From the IMG/VR virus record IMGVR_UViG_3300025577_000002: a DNA stretch of 60,938 bases; one strand, 5' to 3'. Positions 35,778 through 43,982 of this stretch are shown in pieces (the first letter of the stretch is position 1; each line of letters begins with the position of its first letter). The position numbers and the translations under genes are program-made. The stretch is from a virus. The notes beneath the pieces are model-generated. The model was given only the letters and a program-made list of their open reading frames with translations. It was not told where the DNA came from and did no database searches.

Positions 35778-36122
35778 TCACGTACCCGTAAACGCAAACG
35801 TAAGATCAAGTTCGAGCTGTTGTGGGTTCTTGTGCATACCACCAACATAGATCAGCACGTCGTCTATATTGTCTTCATTAATAACAATGGCTATACCACC
35901 GTTGGCTTTTATAGCTGATAAGTTCTTTTCTTGTAGGGGTGTTGGTTTGTTCTTACCCGCCTTACATTCTATACCAAAGAATGTACCTCCGTAACAACCA
36001 ATGATGTCTGGGACACCGCTATTACCAAATCCACCAGTGACTGGGTAGAAGTAGTAAGCCCCTAACGTCTTCAGGTGTGCTACTACTTTCTTCTTAACTT
36101 TCGCTTCTGGAGTCATCGCCAT
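35778..36122 (-). CDS. VRR-NUC domain nuclease (114 aa)
   Basis: ..GNSGVPDIIGCYGGTFFGIECKAGKNKPTPLQEKNL.. carries the PD...E-x-K VRR-NUC signature. Confidence 0.75.
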   Translation of the reverse strand: MAMTPEAKVKKKVVAHLKTLGAYYFYPVTGGFGNSGVPDIIGCYGGTFFGIECKAGKNKPTPLQEKNLSAIKANGGIAIVINEDNIDDVLIYVGGMHKNPQQLELDLTFAFTGT

Positions 36123-36123
36123 A

Positions 36124-36369
36124 TTACCATTTCCTCGTACTTAATTGTGTTGTTCTGGGTTCCCTGAGATTCTCTACAAGCAAAGAATTGTCGATGTGAT
36201 CTCGGGTATTCACACAACGTGCGCTTCTTGTGTGGCGCTTTGTTCCACCGCACAGTTCGCAGATTTTACCGTCGAAGAACTTTAGCTTCTGCTCTAACGC
36301 ATCTGCACGAGCGTACATTTTCTCGGCGTCGGACCGTAAACTTTCAGGTGTTACTTTTGCGTAGTTCAT
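36124..36369 (-). CDS. hypothetical Cys-containing protein (81 aa)
   Basis: ATG 36369 has a GGAGAG RBS and an ATGA overlap with the upstream gene. Contains ..CELCGGTKRHTRSARC... Confidence 0.45.
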   Translation of the reverse strand: MNYAKVTPESLRSDAEKMYARADALEQKLKFFDGKICELCGGTKRHTRSARCVNTRDHIDNSLLVENLREPRTTQLSTRKW

Positions 36370-36569
36370 GTTGTTACTCTCCATAATGCGTTTAGTTTAG
36401 TGTAGTCTATGCGATCTAGTTCGCTACGCGCAGTAACCTGCCTGTATTTTTCTTCGCACAGTATGCAGCTGCTGTGGCGTTTGCCGCTTTTGTGATTCAA
36501 GTAAAGCGGTGCGGCAACAATCCGCCCGCACGAGTAGCACGGCGCTTTCTGAGGTGTGTATCGGCTCAT
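36366..36569 (-). CDS. zinc-ribbon mini-protein (67 aa)
   Basis: CYSCGR...CILCEE pattern. Tightly packed in the operon. Confidence 0.45.
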   Translation of the reverse strand: MSRYTPQKAPCYSCGRIVAAPLYLNHKSGKRHSSCILCEEKYRQVTARSELDRIDYTKLNALWRVTT

Positions 36570-36784
36570 TTCGTTTCCTCGATATATTCATCTGAATTAT
36601 GATAGCAATCTTCACAAATAGGCCCTGTATCATCATTTAAATAGATTGAATCCTCTTCGCATCGGCCAGTTTCCGCGCTGCATTGGTAGCATAGCTGTAG
36701 CGTACCGGGGTAATTATGTTGATTCCACTCTTTATGATCACTTTGAGACATTGCGTGCTTGTGTCCATCTGGCCATGTATTCAT
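36566..36784 (-). CDS. Cys-rich mini-protein (72 aa)
   Basis: ..[13 protein letters not shown]...PICEDCYH.. pattern. It overlaps its neighbours by 4 nt. Confidence 0.45.
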   Translation of the reverse strand: MNTWPDGHKHAMSQSDHKEWNQHNYPGTLQLCYQCSAETGRCEEDSIYLNDDTGPICEDCYHNSDEYIEETK

Positions 36785-37323
36785 TTCGTTTCCTCGAATC
36801 CGGTTGGCTCTGCCGGTGACAGTTCAATTACTGATTTAATAAAGTCCTTGTATTTACGCCAGAATTTAATCGCTACTTTGCCATCCCTTTCTAATATGAA
36901 GGTGTCACTAAAATCCCACCATTCTGCTATTTCGCGACGTTGGCAGCCAATTTGCAGGATATTACTGGTGTATGTGATCGGGTAGGTGCTTGATACAAAT
37001 AAAGATTTTATGTGTTTTCGGTTCCCTGCGCAGCCATTAAGACAGGCATCGCTCAAGTTGGCACCGCTCAAGTCGGCACCGCTCAAGTTGGCTTGGCTCA
37101 AGTTGGCATCGCTCAAGTTGGCATCGCTCAAGTTAGCACCGCTCAAGTTAGAACCGTGCAAGTTAGAACCGCTCAAGTTAGCACCGCGCAAGTCGGCACC
37201 GCTCAAGTCATAACCGCGCAAGTTAGAACCGCTCAAGTTGGCATGGACGCCGCTTTTACCTTTATGCAGCCACAAGTCATGCAGCTCTAATATGGTTTTT
37301 AGTTGCTCTGTTGTGTAGTTCAT
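36781..37323 (-). CDS. pentapeptide-repeat protein (180 aa)
   Basis: About 16 consecutive A(N/D)LSx pentapeptides: [79 protein letters not shown] upstream. The C-terminal 75 aa are unrelated. Confidence 0.85.
   Translation of the reverse strand: MNYTTEQLKTILELHDLWLHKGKSGVHANLSGSNLRGYDLSGADLRGANLSGSNLHGSNLSGANLSDANLSDANLSQANLSGADLSGANLSDACLNGCAGNRKHIKSLFVSSTYPITYTSNILQIGCQRREIAEWWDFSDTFILERDGKVAIKFWRKYKDFIKSVIELSPAEPTGFEETK
37046..37243. repeat. 15-bp tandem DNA repeat (~13 units) encoding the pentapeptide repeats
   Basis: Plus-strand units such as caccgctcaagttgg / caccgctcaagtcgg are repeated head to tail. Confidence 0.85.
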
Positions 37324-37365
37324 TTACTTAACTCCTGTTTGTGTCCATTAAATGTACGCCCCGTC

Positions 37366-37488
37366 TCAATCCTCGTCGGCTACCTCGTCTTCCCAAATGT
37401 CGTAGGCAGTTGCTTCGGTATCCGCTGCGACAGGCAGTGTTTGCTTTTCCATACGGTCATCTAACCAGCTAAGCATATAAATGTTCAT
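37366..37488 (-). CDS. possible acidic mini-protein (40 aa)
   Basis: Not in the track. It has an ATGA overlap with the HTH gene. Translation is MNIYMLSWLDDRMEKQTLPVAADTEATAYDIWEDEVADED. Confidence 0.25.
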   Translation of the reverse strand: MNIYMLSWLDDRMEKQTLPVAADTEATAYDIWEDEVADED

Positions 37489-37655
37489 TGTGATTGTGCC
37501 TCCAACCATTCCATTAATGTTGTAACGATGGGGAATGAGACCCGCTTACCCCCGTTTGCTAAGTTGTATATAGTCGAGTAACTGACACCTGTCTCCCGCG
37601 CAACGTACTTCAGGTTAAGAGGTTTCAGCCTGTGCTGTAGTTGTTCCAGTGTCAT
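37485..37655 (-). CDS. XRE/Cro-type HTH protein (56 aa)
   Basis: Not in the track (under 60 aa). It has a TAATG overlap with the dUTPase stop. Translation is MTLEQLQHRLKPLNLKYVARETGVSYSTIYNLANGGKRVSFPIVTTLMEWLEAQSQ, containing the classic ..A..TGVS..TI..L..G.. HTH. Confidence 0.6.
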   Translation of the reverse strand: MTLEQLQHRLKPLNLKYVARETGVSYSTIYNLANGGKRVSFPIVTTLMEWLEAQSQ

Positions 37656-38083
37656 TAGTTGACCCCCGTTGAGCCAAAACCTTTCGCGCCGCGCGTGGTG
37701 TCGTCCAGCTCATCCACCTCAGTCGAGACCAGCATTGCCGGCACTACAAGTAACTGTGCGATACGCTCACCGCGCTCAACTCTAAACGGCACGATGTCTG
37801 TACTGTGAACCGTCATCACGACGCGGATCTCGCCACGGTAGTCTGAATCAATTACACCTGCCATAGTGTCCACGCCTCGGCTAACGGCCAGCCCACTACG
37901 TGGTTTGATCAGACCAACGAACCCATCTGGTATGGCAACGGCGATCCCTGTACTGATAGTCACTACCTGTCCGAAGTGAACGCGAGCGACGTCTTGGTCT
38001 GAGTAGATGTCGAACCCGGCGGATCCCGCTGTGGCCCGTTTTGGTGTTGTACACGTCGTTGTCAAGCGTTTGAATTTTATCAT
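37655..38083 (-). CDS. dut: dUTP diphosphatase
   Basis: dUTPase motifs are present in order: ..AGSAGFDIYS.., ..GLIKPRSGLA.., ..GVIDSDYRGEI.., ..RIAQLLV.., ..RGAKGFGSTG. Confidence 0.9.
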   Translation of the reverse strand: MIKFKRLTTTCTTPKRATAGSAGFDIYSDQDVARVHFGQVVTISTGIAVAIPDGFVGLIKPRSGLAVSRGVDTMAGVIDSDYRGEIRVVMTVHSTDIVPFRVERGERIAQLLVVPAMLVSTEVDELDDTTRGAKGFGSTGVN

Positions 38084-38086
38084 GGT

Positions 38087-38284
38087 CTATACCTTGAGAA
38101 GAACTTGAGGAAATATGATGTCGATGTTCGCCAGCACTGCCAGCAGCACAACCACCAAGCTGTATATTACGACGGCACTATAAACTGCCCAGTACCAACG
38201 CATATGTTCAAAATAGATACAGTAAGCTATCTGTACACAGAACATAACTACTGCTAAAGCTATCATTACGTATAGTGTTATCAT
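38087..38284 (-). CDS. small two-TM membrane protein (65 aa)
   Basis: Inner start ATG 38284 with a GGAGA RBS. Translation begins MITLYVMIALAVVMFCVQIAYCIYFEHMRWYWAVYSAVVIYSLVVVLLAVLANI... Confidence 0.5.
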   Translation of the reverse strand: MITLYVMIALAVVMFCVQIAYCIYFEHMRWYWAVYSAVVIYSLVVVLLAVLANIDIIFPQVLLKV

Positions 38285-38430
38285 TTCATTCTCCGTTTCG
38301 CTGCTTCTGTTATTGCTTGTTGTTCTGCCTCTGTTGCGGTAGCCCACGATTTAAGATCTTCGAGAGTCCTACCACAGCCGACACAGACCTCGGCTACTAC
38401 CTTACAAACTTTTACGCATGGGCTGGGCAT
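38281..38430 (-). CDS. DUF1289-like Cys-rich protein (49 aa)
   Basis: Not in the track. GGAGA RBS upstream. Translation is MPSPCVKVCKVVAEVCVGCGRTLEDLKSWATATEAEQQAITEAAKRRMK, which shows the SPC-x3-C ... C-x-GC-x-RT..E...W pattern. It has an ATGA overlap with the next gene. Confidence 0.55.
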   Translation of the reverse strand: MPSPCVKVCKVVAEVCVGCGRTLEDLKSWATATEAEQQAITEAAKRRMK

Positions 38431-38433
38431 TGC

Positions 38434-38625
38434 TCAGTTCTCCAATATCATCGGTTGTACTTCGACGCCCACCATCATGTGGAATATCGCTTTGGCCTGT
38501 GCTTCGATGATCTTGGGCCGTGACCAGTCGTACCGTACCGCAGATGCCACGGCTTGGTGTCTGTGTGGTATCCCAGCACGGTATGTGAATGTATACCCGC
38601 TGATGTCGTCAATTAGTTTTTTCAT
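38434..38625 (-). CDS. hypothetical protein (63 aa)
   Basis: Track ORF, tightly packed in the operon. Confidence 0.4.
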   Translation of the reverse strand: MKKLIDDISGYTFTYRAGIPHRHQAVASAVRYDWSRPKIIEAQAKAIFHMMVGVEVQPMILEN

Positions 38626-38834
38626 TGGTCTTCCTCCCGATACGGGGATTCCCGTTTCGTAATCGTTTGATCTTCTTGGGGGTACTTGTCCAGCGTCCAG
38701 TGTGCGCTTGTAAGGAGTATCTCCACTGTTTGGGGGGACATGTTACTACTTGCTAGTATATCGACTGTCTCGATGAGCATCTTTATCTGCTCCCGATATT
38801 CCGCGATTTCCTGCTTTATGTTGTTAGTAGTCAT
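38622..38834 (-). CDS. hypothetical protein (70 aa)
   Basis: Track ORF with a GAGGAA RBS upstream of ATG 38834. Confidence 0.45.
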   Translation of the reverse strand: MTTNNIKQEIAEYREQIKMLIETVDILASSNMSPQTVEILLTSAHWTLDKYPQEDQTITKRESPYREEDQ

Positions 38835-38887
38835 AACTTAGTTCCTCTTTTTTGATACCAGTTCCCGAAGGGCTGGTGGCCCCCCGT

Positions 38888-38904
38888 GTTAGTGCGTCAC
38901 TAAC
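38888..38904 (-). repeat. 17-bp palindromic motif, copy 2
   Basis: Plus strand reads GTTAGTGcgtCACTAAC. It is 1 nt after the TAA of the 38906 gene and 53 nt upstream of ATG 38834. Confidence 0.9.
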
Positions 38905-38905
38905 A

Positions 38906-39331
38906 TTATCTATAAACCCAATAGACGTTGACGTCTATCCTACGTCCGATACCCACAATGTCTATTGTGGGGGGCACTGCACTGGTCAGCATTAGTACTG
39001 CTAACTTCTCCTGTACCCACAAAGGCAACGCATCTACCGAAGGATATGTAGCATCCAGCGGAGTGTCAAGCTTATCTATACCTAAACATATCACACCGAC
39101 AGGTTTCGTACCCTCCAGTACGATAACGCGGTATATGTTATCATCCTGTATAGATCCACCGTTATCACCTACCCAGTACCACTCAGTGTCGGTGCTAGTG
39201 GATGCAAAAGGATTCTTCACCGTGAGATACCTCGGGTTAAACTTAATCGATTCCTGCCACTTCTGCGCCCTAACCGTTTCCGAACCCACAGCTAGCGAAC
39301 GTAGCTTACCAACATACTTAATCCACCACAT
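38906..39331 (-). CDS. hypothetical protein (141 aa)
   Basis: The track ORF begins at a GTG (39346). The first in-frame ATG is 39331 (MWWIKYVGKL..). Confidence 0.45.
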   Translation of the reverse strand: MWWIKYVGKLRSLAVGSETVRAQKWQESIKFNPRYLTVKNPFASTSTDTEWYWVGDNGGSIQDDNIYRVIVLEGTKPVGVICLGIDKLDTPLDATYPSVDALPLWVQEKLAVLMLTSAVPPTIDIVGIGRRIDVNVYWVYR

Positions 39332-40214
39332 AGAACATGCCTTCACCGGCGCGGTACCCTACACCATCGACGTACTCGCCATCGGCTAACATGTTAAGAA
39401 CAGATAGTTTACCCATGATGTGATCCGGTAGGTTGTCTGCTTCGTAGCGATCTACTGTGTTAGATGTCGATGTATACGCGGATGTCGCATTGCCGATATA
39501 TACAGTCTCAAACTTCTGAGCACCCATGCACTCATAAACACGAACGAACCACATCGGTACCTCGCGACCAGACAGCGCACTACTATTATCCTTTAGCTCG
39601 AAGTACTTCGCTAAGTCTGCACTGAACGCTGGGCTTAGAAACGTATGTCCAGCTTTTACCAGATGTCGTAGCTCTGTAAGTAGTGGGCTGTCAGGTGTAT
39701 AGGATGATATGTTAAACATCGTCTCTACGGACGCTCGTAAGTCCTGCCGAGCTGTATGCGCCACGCTAGTAACCTTACTCACTACGTCTGAAAAGGTTAC
39801 CTTCAACATATCTTGTGGGCTGTAAGGTCGCATGTACCGCTTAATGTGGCGCAGTGCGGTGGCGCAGCTACCCGTCGTCTTCGTATAGTAAGCGGCGTTA
39901 TAGTCAGAGTACCGGTTGTTCGCTATATTCGGGCTACTGATGGTGTACTCAGTACTCCACCTGCCGGTGCCGTATTCCCTTGTCTCGGGTTTCTGCCCAG
40001 CGGATACCCAACCTACGCAGTACGGGTTACCCTCTATATACATATACAGTGAGGCACGATCCCGCATTATAAACTGCATACCCCGGACACTTGAGGCGAT
40101 GTTACTCTTTAGTATCTTAATAGACTCTGATTGATCGGCATCTGCCCAACCGGATGTAATTCGTTTCTCTTCTGTTAGTGCTTCACTAACAAGTTTATGT
40201 CTGAAAGTAATCAT
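39318..40214 (-). CDS. hypothetical protein (298 aa), downstream partner of the MoxR/VWA pair
   Basis: TAATG overlap with the VWA gene and an AGGAGA RBS. No recognisable motif. Confidence 0.55.
   Translation of the reverse strand: MITFRHKLVSEALTEEKRITSGWADADQSESIKILKSNIASSVRGMQFIMRDRASLYMYIEGNPYCVGWVSAGQKPETREYGTGRWSTEYTISSPNIANNRYSDYNAAYYTKTTGSCATALRHIKRYMRPYSPQDMLKVTFSDVVSKVTSVAHTARQDLRASVETMFNISSYTPDSPLLTELRHLVKAGHTFLSPAFSADLAKYFELKDNSSALSGREVPMWFVRVYECMGAQKFETVYIGNATSAYTSTSNTVDRYEADNLPDHIMGKLSVLNMLADGEYVDGVGYRAGEGMFYVVD
40174..40190 (-). repeat. 17-bp palindromic motif, copy 3 (intragenic, codons 9-14)
   Basis: Plus strand reads GTTAGTGcttCACTAAC. It encodes V-S-E-A-L-T and lies 24 nt after the VWA gene stop. 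Confidence 0.9.
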
Positions 40215-41392
40215 TACATATCTCCTGAATTAATGTTTACCGTTACGCCTACGTCTGGGTTGGCACGTTTATTGTCTAAGATGCACCATAGTACGGGGCA
40301 TGACCAGTTACCCCATGTACCCCCAAGGTATCCATCTGTCAATACTATGGCGGCTTGTGGCTTGACGCCGTGCTCGGTCAGGTACGCTGGGATACATTCC
40401 ACATTCGTGCCACCACCACCTGCTGGCTTAGTAGTGTTGATGAGATCATCGAGTTCGTGCATCAAATATTTCTCATCCTGACAAACCGCGCTGTCCCAGT
40501 ACAATAAACGTACAGCTTCAGGGTGTACGGTGTCACATATACTCTTCACTTCGGATAGGAAGTGGCTAAGCTCGGTATGTCCAATAGATCCTGATGTGTC
40601 GATGGCGATAACCAGCTCACCCACACTCTCACTAACACCTGATGGCATGTAGTAACCACCTGCAACATACCTTCTGTTAGGACGTTGCCATGTAGAGTAG
40701 TCATTACCTGCACACGTTGTCGATATAAAGTCGCGCAGTACCTCACGCCAATCTATCTGGGGCTGGAGTAGTTCGGCTAAGTCACGATCACCCCCAGTGC
40801 CCAGCTTACCGGCGATCAACGCACCCTGACGTATCGCCTCATCTATATCTCGTGCCAGCTCCCGCTGTTCTTCCTGAGTAAGCTCTTTCGCTCCATCCCA
40901 GTCGTGCTCATCCATACCCCCGGCACCTTCACCGTTGTCGCCATCTTCCTTGAGCATGCTGTATACCTTCGCGCTGTCCATGCCCCGGTACTTCGGATCG
41001 TAGCAGCCGCCTTCGGGTAACGTCGCCCAGCCATCTCGGTTGTCATCTAAAAGCTTACAGTTGATAACGAAGTCACACGCTACATTCGCTAGCTGTGGGT
41101 TCTCGTCGTACAGGTGCCGCCATGTAGTGAGGTGCCGGTAGAGTTTGTGGTAACACTCGTGCAGTACTAGGAACCGTAGCTCTGGGTCGTTAAGTGTGTC
41201 GATGAAGTCACGTCCGTACTTCTCATCACGCCCATTAGTACAGGCTGTCGGGACATCATCGTCTATGCTGCGATCCCCGATCATAAGTACACCCGCTAGG
41301 GCTACGTACTTCGGACTGCCCATAATATCCACTACTGCTTTGGATAACCGTTGTTCTTGTGTAAGTTGTTTTCCGATAGATAACATACTCAT
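40214..41392 (-). CDS. VWA-domain protein with N-terminal HExxH metallopeptidase-like domain (392 aa)
   Basis: The HExxH motif ..FLVLHECYHKLYRH.. is at nt 41147-41161. The MIDAS motif is ..VIAIDTSGSIG... This architecture is typical of partners of MoxR-type AAA+ ATPases (CobT-like). Confidence 0.75.
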   Translation of the reverse strand: MSMLSIGKQLTQEQRLSKAVVDIMGSPKYVALAGVLMIGDRSIDDDVPTACTNGRDEKYGRDFIDTLNDPELRFLVLHECYHKLYRHLTTWRHLYDENPQLANVACDFVINCKLLDDNRDGWATLPEGGCYDPKYRGMDSAKVYSMLKEDGDNGEGAGGMDEHDWDGAKELTQEEQRELARDIDEAIRQGALIAGKLGTGGDRDLAELLQPQIDWREVLRDFISTTCAGNDYSTWQRPNRRYVAGGYYMPSGVSESVGELVIAIDTSGSIGHTELSHFLSEVKSICDTVHPEAVRLLYWDSAVCQDEKYLMHELDDLINTTKPAGGGGTNVECIPAYLTEHGVKPQAAIVLTDGYLGGTWGNWSCPVLWCILDNKRANPDVGVTVNINSGDM

Positions 41393-41398
41393 TCTCCT

Positions 41399-41415
41399 GT
41401 TAGTGACGCACTAAC
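41399..41415 (-). repeat. 17-bp palindromic motif, copy 4
   Basis: Plus strand reads GTTAGTGacgCACTAAC. It is wedged exactly between the TAG of the AAA+ gene and the AGGAGA SD of the VWA gene. Confidence 0.9.
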
Positions 41416-42515
41416 TATTTCTTGTCTGCTGCGAACATGTAGTTGTTGTTCATGGCCCACTGTGTGAACTTTTTATTGGTCATGATCAGCTGCTGCTTGG
41501 CATACTTCGGGGTACGGACACCGTTAGCAAACATACCCTGCGCTTCCTTGTCCAGTCGTGGCATGTAGTCCATCCACGCATCTACCCAATCTTTGTCGAG
41601 ACTTGCTAGGCTGCGGTATACAACCATACATACCGCAGAGGCAGAGTCAGGCACCTTAGCGTTAAGCGGATCCTGCTTGATACTTTCGAGTGACGGTAAC
41701 TGATCGGCCAGCTTGACGAACGCCATCAGATCCATCGCGCCTCGGTCACCAATAGTACCCATGAGTAAACCTGTTAGTGTCTGGTCATCGAACTGTTCGC
41801 GAGTCTTGAGCCAGTCGGACGCCGCCTCTAGTGACCGAGGTGTAACAAACGCTGGACGCTGCTGCTTGGGATGATAGATGTACGGGTTATCATCTGGGTT
41901 CTTGATATCTTCGAAGCCATGAAACAGGTGTGGGTTATCCTTGCACCAGCCCAGTAGTGTGTGATCGATGCCGTTGTTGATACCCCACTCGATCCATTCC
42001 ATGTGGTCAGGCTTACGGGCCGTAATAACAGTCATCCGGTTACGGGCATGGGGTGGTAACAAGTCACCGACACCTTCGGCACCGAGGTTGGTCGTCGCAA
42101 ACACAACGCTGTCCTCGTGTAACTCATACGATCCTATCTTACGTTCGAGCATCAGTCGCAGCATGGCATTCTTGACGGCGGGGTTCGCCTTGCCGTACTC
42201 GTCAATCATCAGGATGATCGGCTTGTCGAGGTGTGCACCTAACTCCTCGTTGGTGGCGTACGATACATAGTCTGTACCCGCTTCTTCTGACATGGTGGCA
42301 AGTTTCGGTATTGATATGTCACCGAGATCCTTAGTCGTGCAGTCGAAGTAACACGGGGTGTGAGTCGGTAGCTCACCTGCTAACATCTTGAGTAGCGAGG
42401 ACTTGCCGGTACCCATGTGGCCTTGGATCAGTACGGTACGCTTGGTACCACCTGCTTTGATAGCTGACATGATCTGGTCAAGACCGAGGGCGTACATCTG
42501 GGCTGCATTGTTCAT
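41415..42515 (-). CDS. MoxR/CobS-like AAA+ ATPase (366 aa)
   Basis: Walker A is ..IQGHMGTGKSSL.., Walker B is ..IILMIDEYGKA.. and sensor-1 is ..VFATTNLG... The start is taken as ATG 42515 (MNNAAQMYAL..) because of its AGGAGA RBS and ATGA overlap with the upstream gene; the track ORF extends to 42566. Confidence 0.8.
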   Translation of the reverse strand: MNNAAQMYALGLDQIMSAIKAGGTKRTVLIQGHMGTGKSSLLKMLAGELPTHTPCYFDCTTKDLGDISIPKLATMSEEAGTDYVSYATNEELGAHLDKPIILMIDEYGKANPAVKNAMLRLMLERKIGSYELHEDSVVFATTNLGAEGVGDLLPPHARNRMTVITARKPDHMEWIEWGINNGIDHTLLGWCKDNPHLFHGFEDIKNPDDNPYIYHPKQQRPAFVTPRSLEAASDWLKTREQFDDQTLTGLLMGTIGDRGAMDLMAFVKLADQLPSLESIKQDPLNAKVPDSASAVCMVVYRSLASLDKDWVDAWMDYMPRLDKEAQGMFANGVRTPKYAKQQLIMTNKKFTQWAMNNNYMFAADKK

Positions 42516-42531
42516 AGTAGTTCTCCTAGTG
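42508..42531 (-). repeat. 24-nt duplicated translation-initiation region, copy 1
   Basis: The plus-strand sequence ttgttcatagtagttctcctagtg is identical to 42690-42713. On the minus strand it reads CACTAGGAGAACTACTATGAACAA. Confidence 0.9.
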
Positions 42532-42697
42532 AGTCGGTGTAAGTAAATCCGCTGTTGGTGTCGCATCCGATCTTGTATGCCTGTTGAATACTGATGTTGC
42601 GCTGGTGCAGATCTGCAATCTGCTCGTCAGTCAGTGGGCATCCAGCGAATCCGTACTTGGCAAACTCTTGCTGTAGTGCTTCGCGGTACTTGTTCAT
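42512..42697 (-). CDS. hypothetical protein (61 aa)
   Basis: Track ORF with an AGGAGA RBS. Its last six codons are the duplicated TIR of the AAA+ gene. Confidence 0.5.
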   Translation of the reverse strand: MNKYREALQQEFAKYGFAGCPLTDEQIADLHQRNISIQQAYKIGCDTNSGFTYTDSLGELL

Positions 42698-42713
42698 AGT
42701 AGTTCTCCTAGTG
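42690..42713 (-). repeat. 24-nt duplicated translation-initiation region, copy 2
   Basis: Identical to 42508-42531. It abuts 17-bp motif copy 5. Confidence 0.9.
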
Positions 42714-42729
42714 TTAGTGACTCACTAAC
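42713..42729 (-). repeat. 17-bp palindromic motif, copy 5
   Basis: Plus strand reads GTTAGTGactCACTAAC. It is 3 nt after a TAA stop and 15 nt upstream of ATG 42697. Confidence 0.9.
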
Positions 42730-42732
42730 TTA

Positions 42733-43008
42733 TTATTGGGTGGTTGTAAACTTCATCTTAGCTAAGGACTCGTCGAGTGGTACACCAGCGTGCATCGCTA
42801 TGTGGTTGTATACCTTCACACCTTCCAGCTCTGCCATACGCTCGACCTGTTTCTTGACTAGCCAATACGGTGACGCAGGTACTATCTCCACAATGTCAGG
42901 GTACAGGTACCCAGCTGGTTGGTAGGCGTCGTCGTCCATATAAACACCCGCTGCTCGTGCTAGACCGTTACCTGCGTCGTATATCTCGATTGATCGTAAT
43001 GTAATCAT
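42733..43008 (-). CDS. hypothetical protein (91 aa)
   Basis: Track ORF with a GAGGGGA RBS. Confidence 0.5.
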   Translation of the reverse strand: MITLRSIEIYDAGNGLARAAGVYMDDDAYQPAGYLYPDIVEIVPASPYWLVKKQVERMAELEGVKVYNHIAMHAGVPLDESLAKMKFTTTQ

Positions 43009-43029
43009 ATTATTCCCCTCAGAATAGTT

Positions 43030-43046
43030 GTTAGTGTGTCACTAAC
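43030..43046 (-). repeat. 17-bp palindromic motif, copy 6
   Basis: Plus strand reads GTTAGTGtgtCACTAAC. It sits immediately after the TAA of the 311-aa gene and 21 nt upstream of ATG 43008. Confidence 0.9.
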
Positions 43047-43982
43047 TTACATGTCAAGTGATGGTAGTGCTTTGATAACGTCATCTACCACACGTTTCGT
43101 TTCGGCGCGGAGATACCCATCCTCCCGTAATGCATCTGGTGTAATCCCCCGCAGTGTGTTTTCTAGCTTCAGACGCAATGCCGACATCTGTGAATCGTTG
43201 GTGATATTGCACACGTCTAGCAGATCTACTATGTCGAGCACATTAGACACCAGCGTGTCTCGAAAGATCTTCTTCTGTCCGCTGTCACCATAGTCGAGCC
43301 GTTCGGACATTGCTGTTAGTGCCTTGAATGCACGTTGCCACACATCCTGCATCGCACTGTGTAACTGGGCCTCGTAATACGCTTGGTAGTGGTCTTTGAC
43401 CTGCTGATTCCCCTCGTTACCAACATCGACGCGAAAGTCACCTGCTTCTGGCAGTGGGATGTATGAGAACCGGAACTTAAACTTCTGCGCAATGCTGGCC
43501 GCTTCGGGGTACTCCTCACGGGAGAACAGGTTACCTAAGTTGGCCTGCGCTTGACTGATCTCCCAGTCATAAGCATCAATAAACTGTGCTACAAGACGTT
43601 CGTACTCGTTCTGCACCTCTGTCATGGTCTGGTGATACTTGAAATACGCCGCAGTTGGCAGAAGACGCATTCCGGTATCAGACCATGGCATAGTCATAGA
43701 GTAGTGTAGGTTACGGACATTAGCAGTGAACTTCTGCACTGCATCTAGCTCTGCGCAGTTGCCCAGTAGCTTTTTGTTGACGTTGGCCACACCTGCTGCT
43801 GCATAGTTCTGTGAGGTGATGTCCTTTGACGCCCGCTTGTCTAACTTACGCGCTGTCCATGTAGAGATACTTAACTCTACCAACATCGATGAAGATGCGA
43901 TGGATGGTGCTGTTGGGGCTTGTGGTGCTTTGTTAGTTGTTAGTGGCTCACTAACATTGTGTTGCTGCGTTGTATGGTTCAT
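43047..43982 (-). CDS. DUF3150-like protein (311 aa), first gene of early operon
   Basis: GGAG RBS lies 9 nt upstream of ATG 43982. The sequence (..MLVELSISTWTARKLDKRASKD.., ..FRFSYIPLPEAGDFRVD..) resembles what I recall of DUF3150, a family that co-occurs with CobS/CobT-like pairs. This rests on memory, not a search. Confidence 0.45.
   Translation of the reverse strand: MNHTTQQHNVSEPLTTNKAPQAPTAPSIASSSMLVELSISTWTARKLDKRASKDITSQNYAAAGVANVNKKLLGNCAELDAVQKFTANVRNLHYSMTMPWSDTGMRLLPTAAYFKYHQTMTEVQNEYERLVAQFIDAYDWEISQAQANLGNLFSREEYPEAASIAQKFKFRFSYIPLPEAGDFRVDVGNEGNQQVKDHYQAYYEAQLHSAMQDVWQRAFKALTAMSERLDYGDSGQKKIFRDTLVSNVLDIVDLLDVCNITNDSQMSALRLKLENTLRGITPDALREDGYLRAETKRVVDDVIKALPSLDM
43939..43955 (-). 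repeat. 17-bp palindromic motif, copy 7 (intragenic, codons 10-15)
   Basis: Plus strand reads GTTAGTGgctCACTAAC. It encodes V-S-E-P-L-T. An extra GTTAGTT half-site is adjacent. Confidence 0.9.

Noticed and set aside
37046-37243. The 15-bp tandem repeat could be a non-coding satellite or mini-CRISPR.
   Set aside because: It is entirely coding, in frame with the pentapeptide repeats of the 180-aa minus-strand ORF. The long plus-strand ORFs here (36986-37213, 37012-37290) are repeat-driven shadows.
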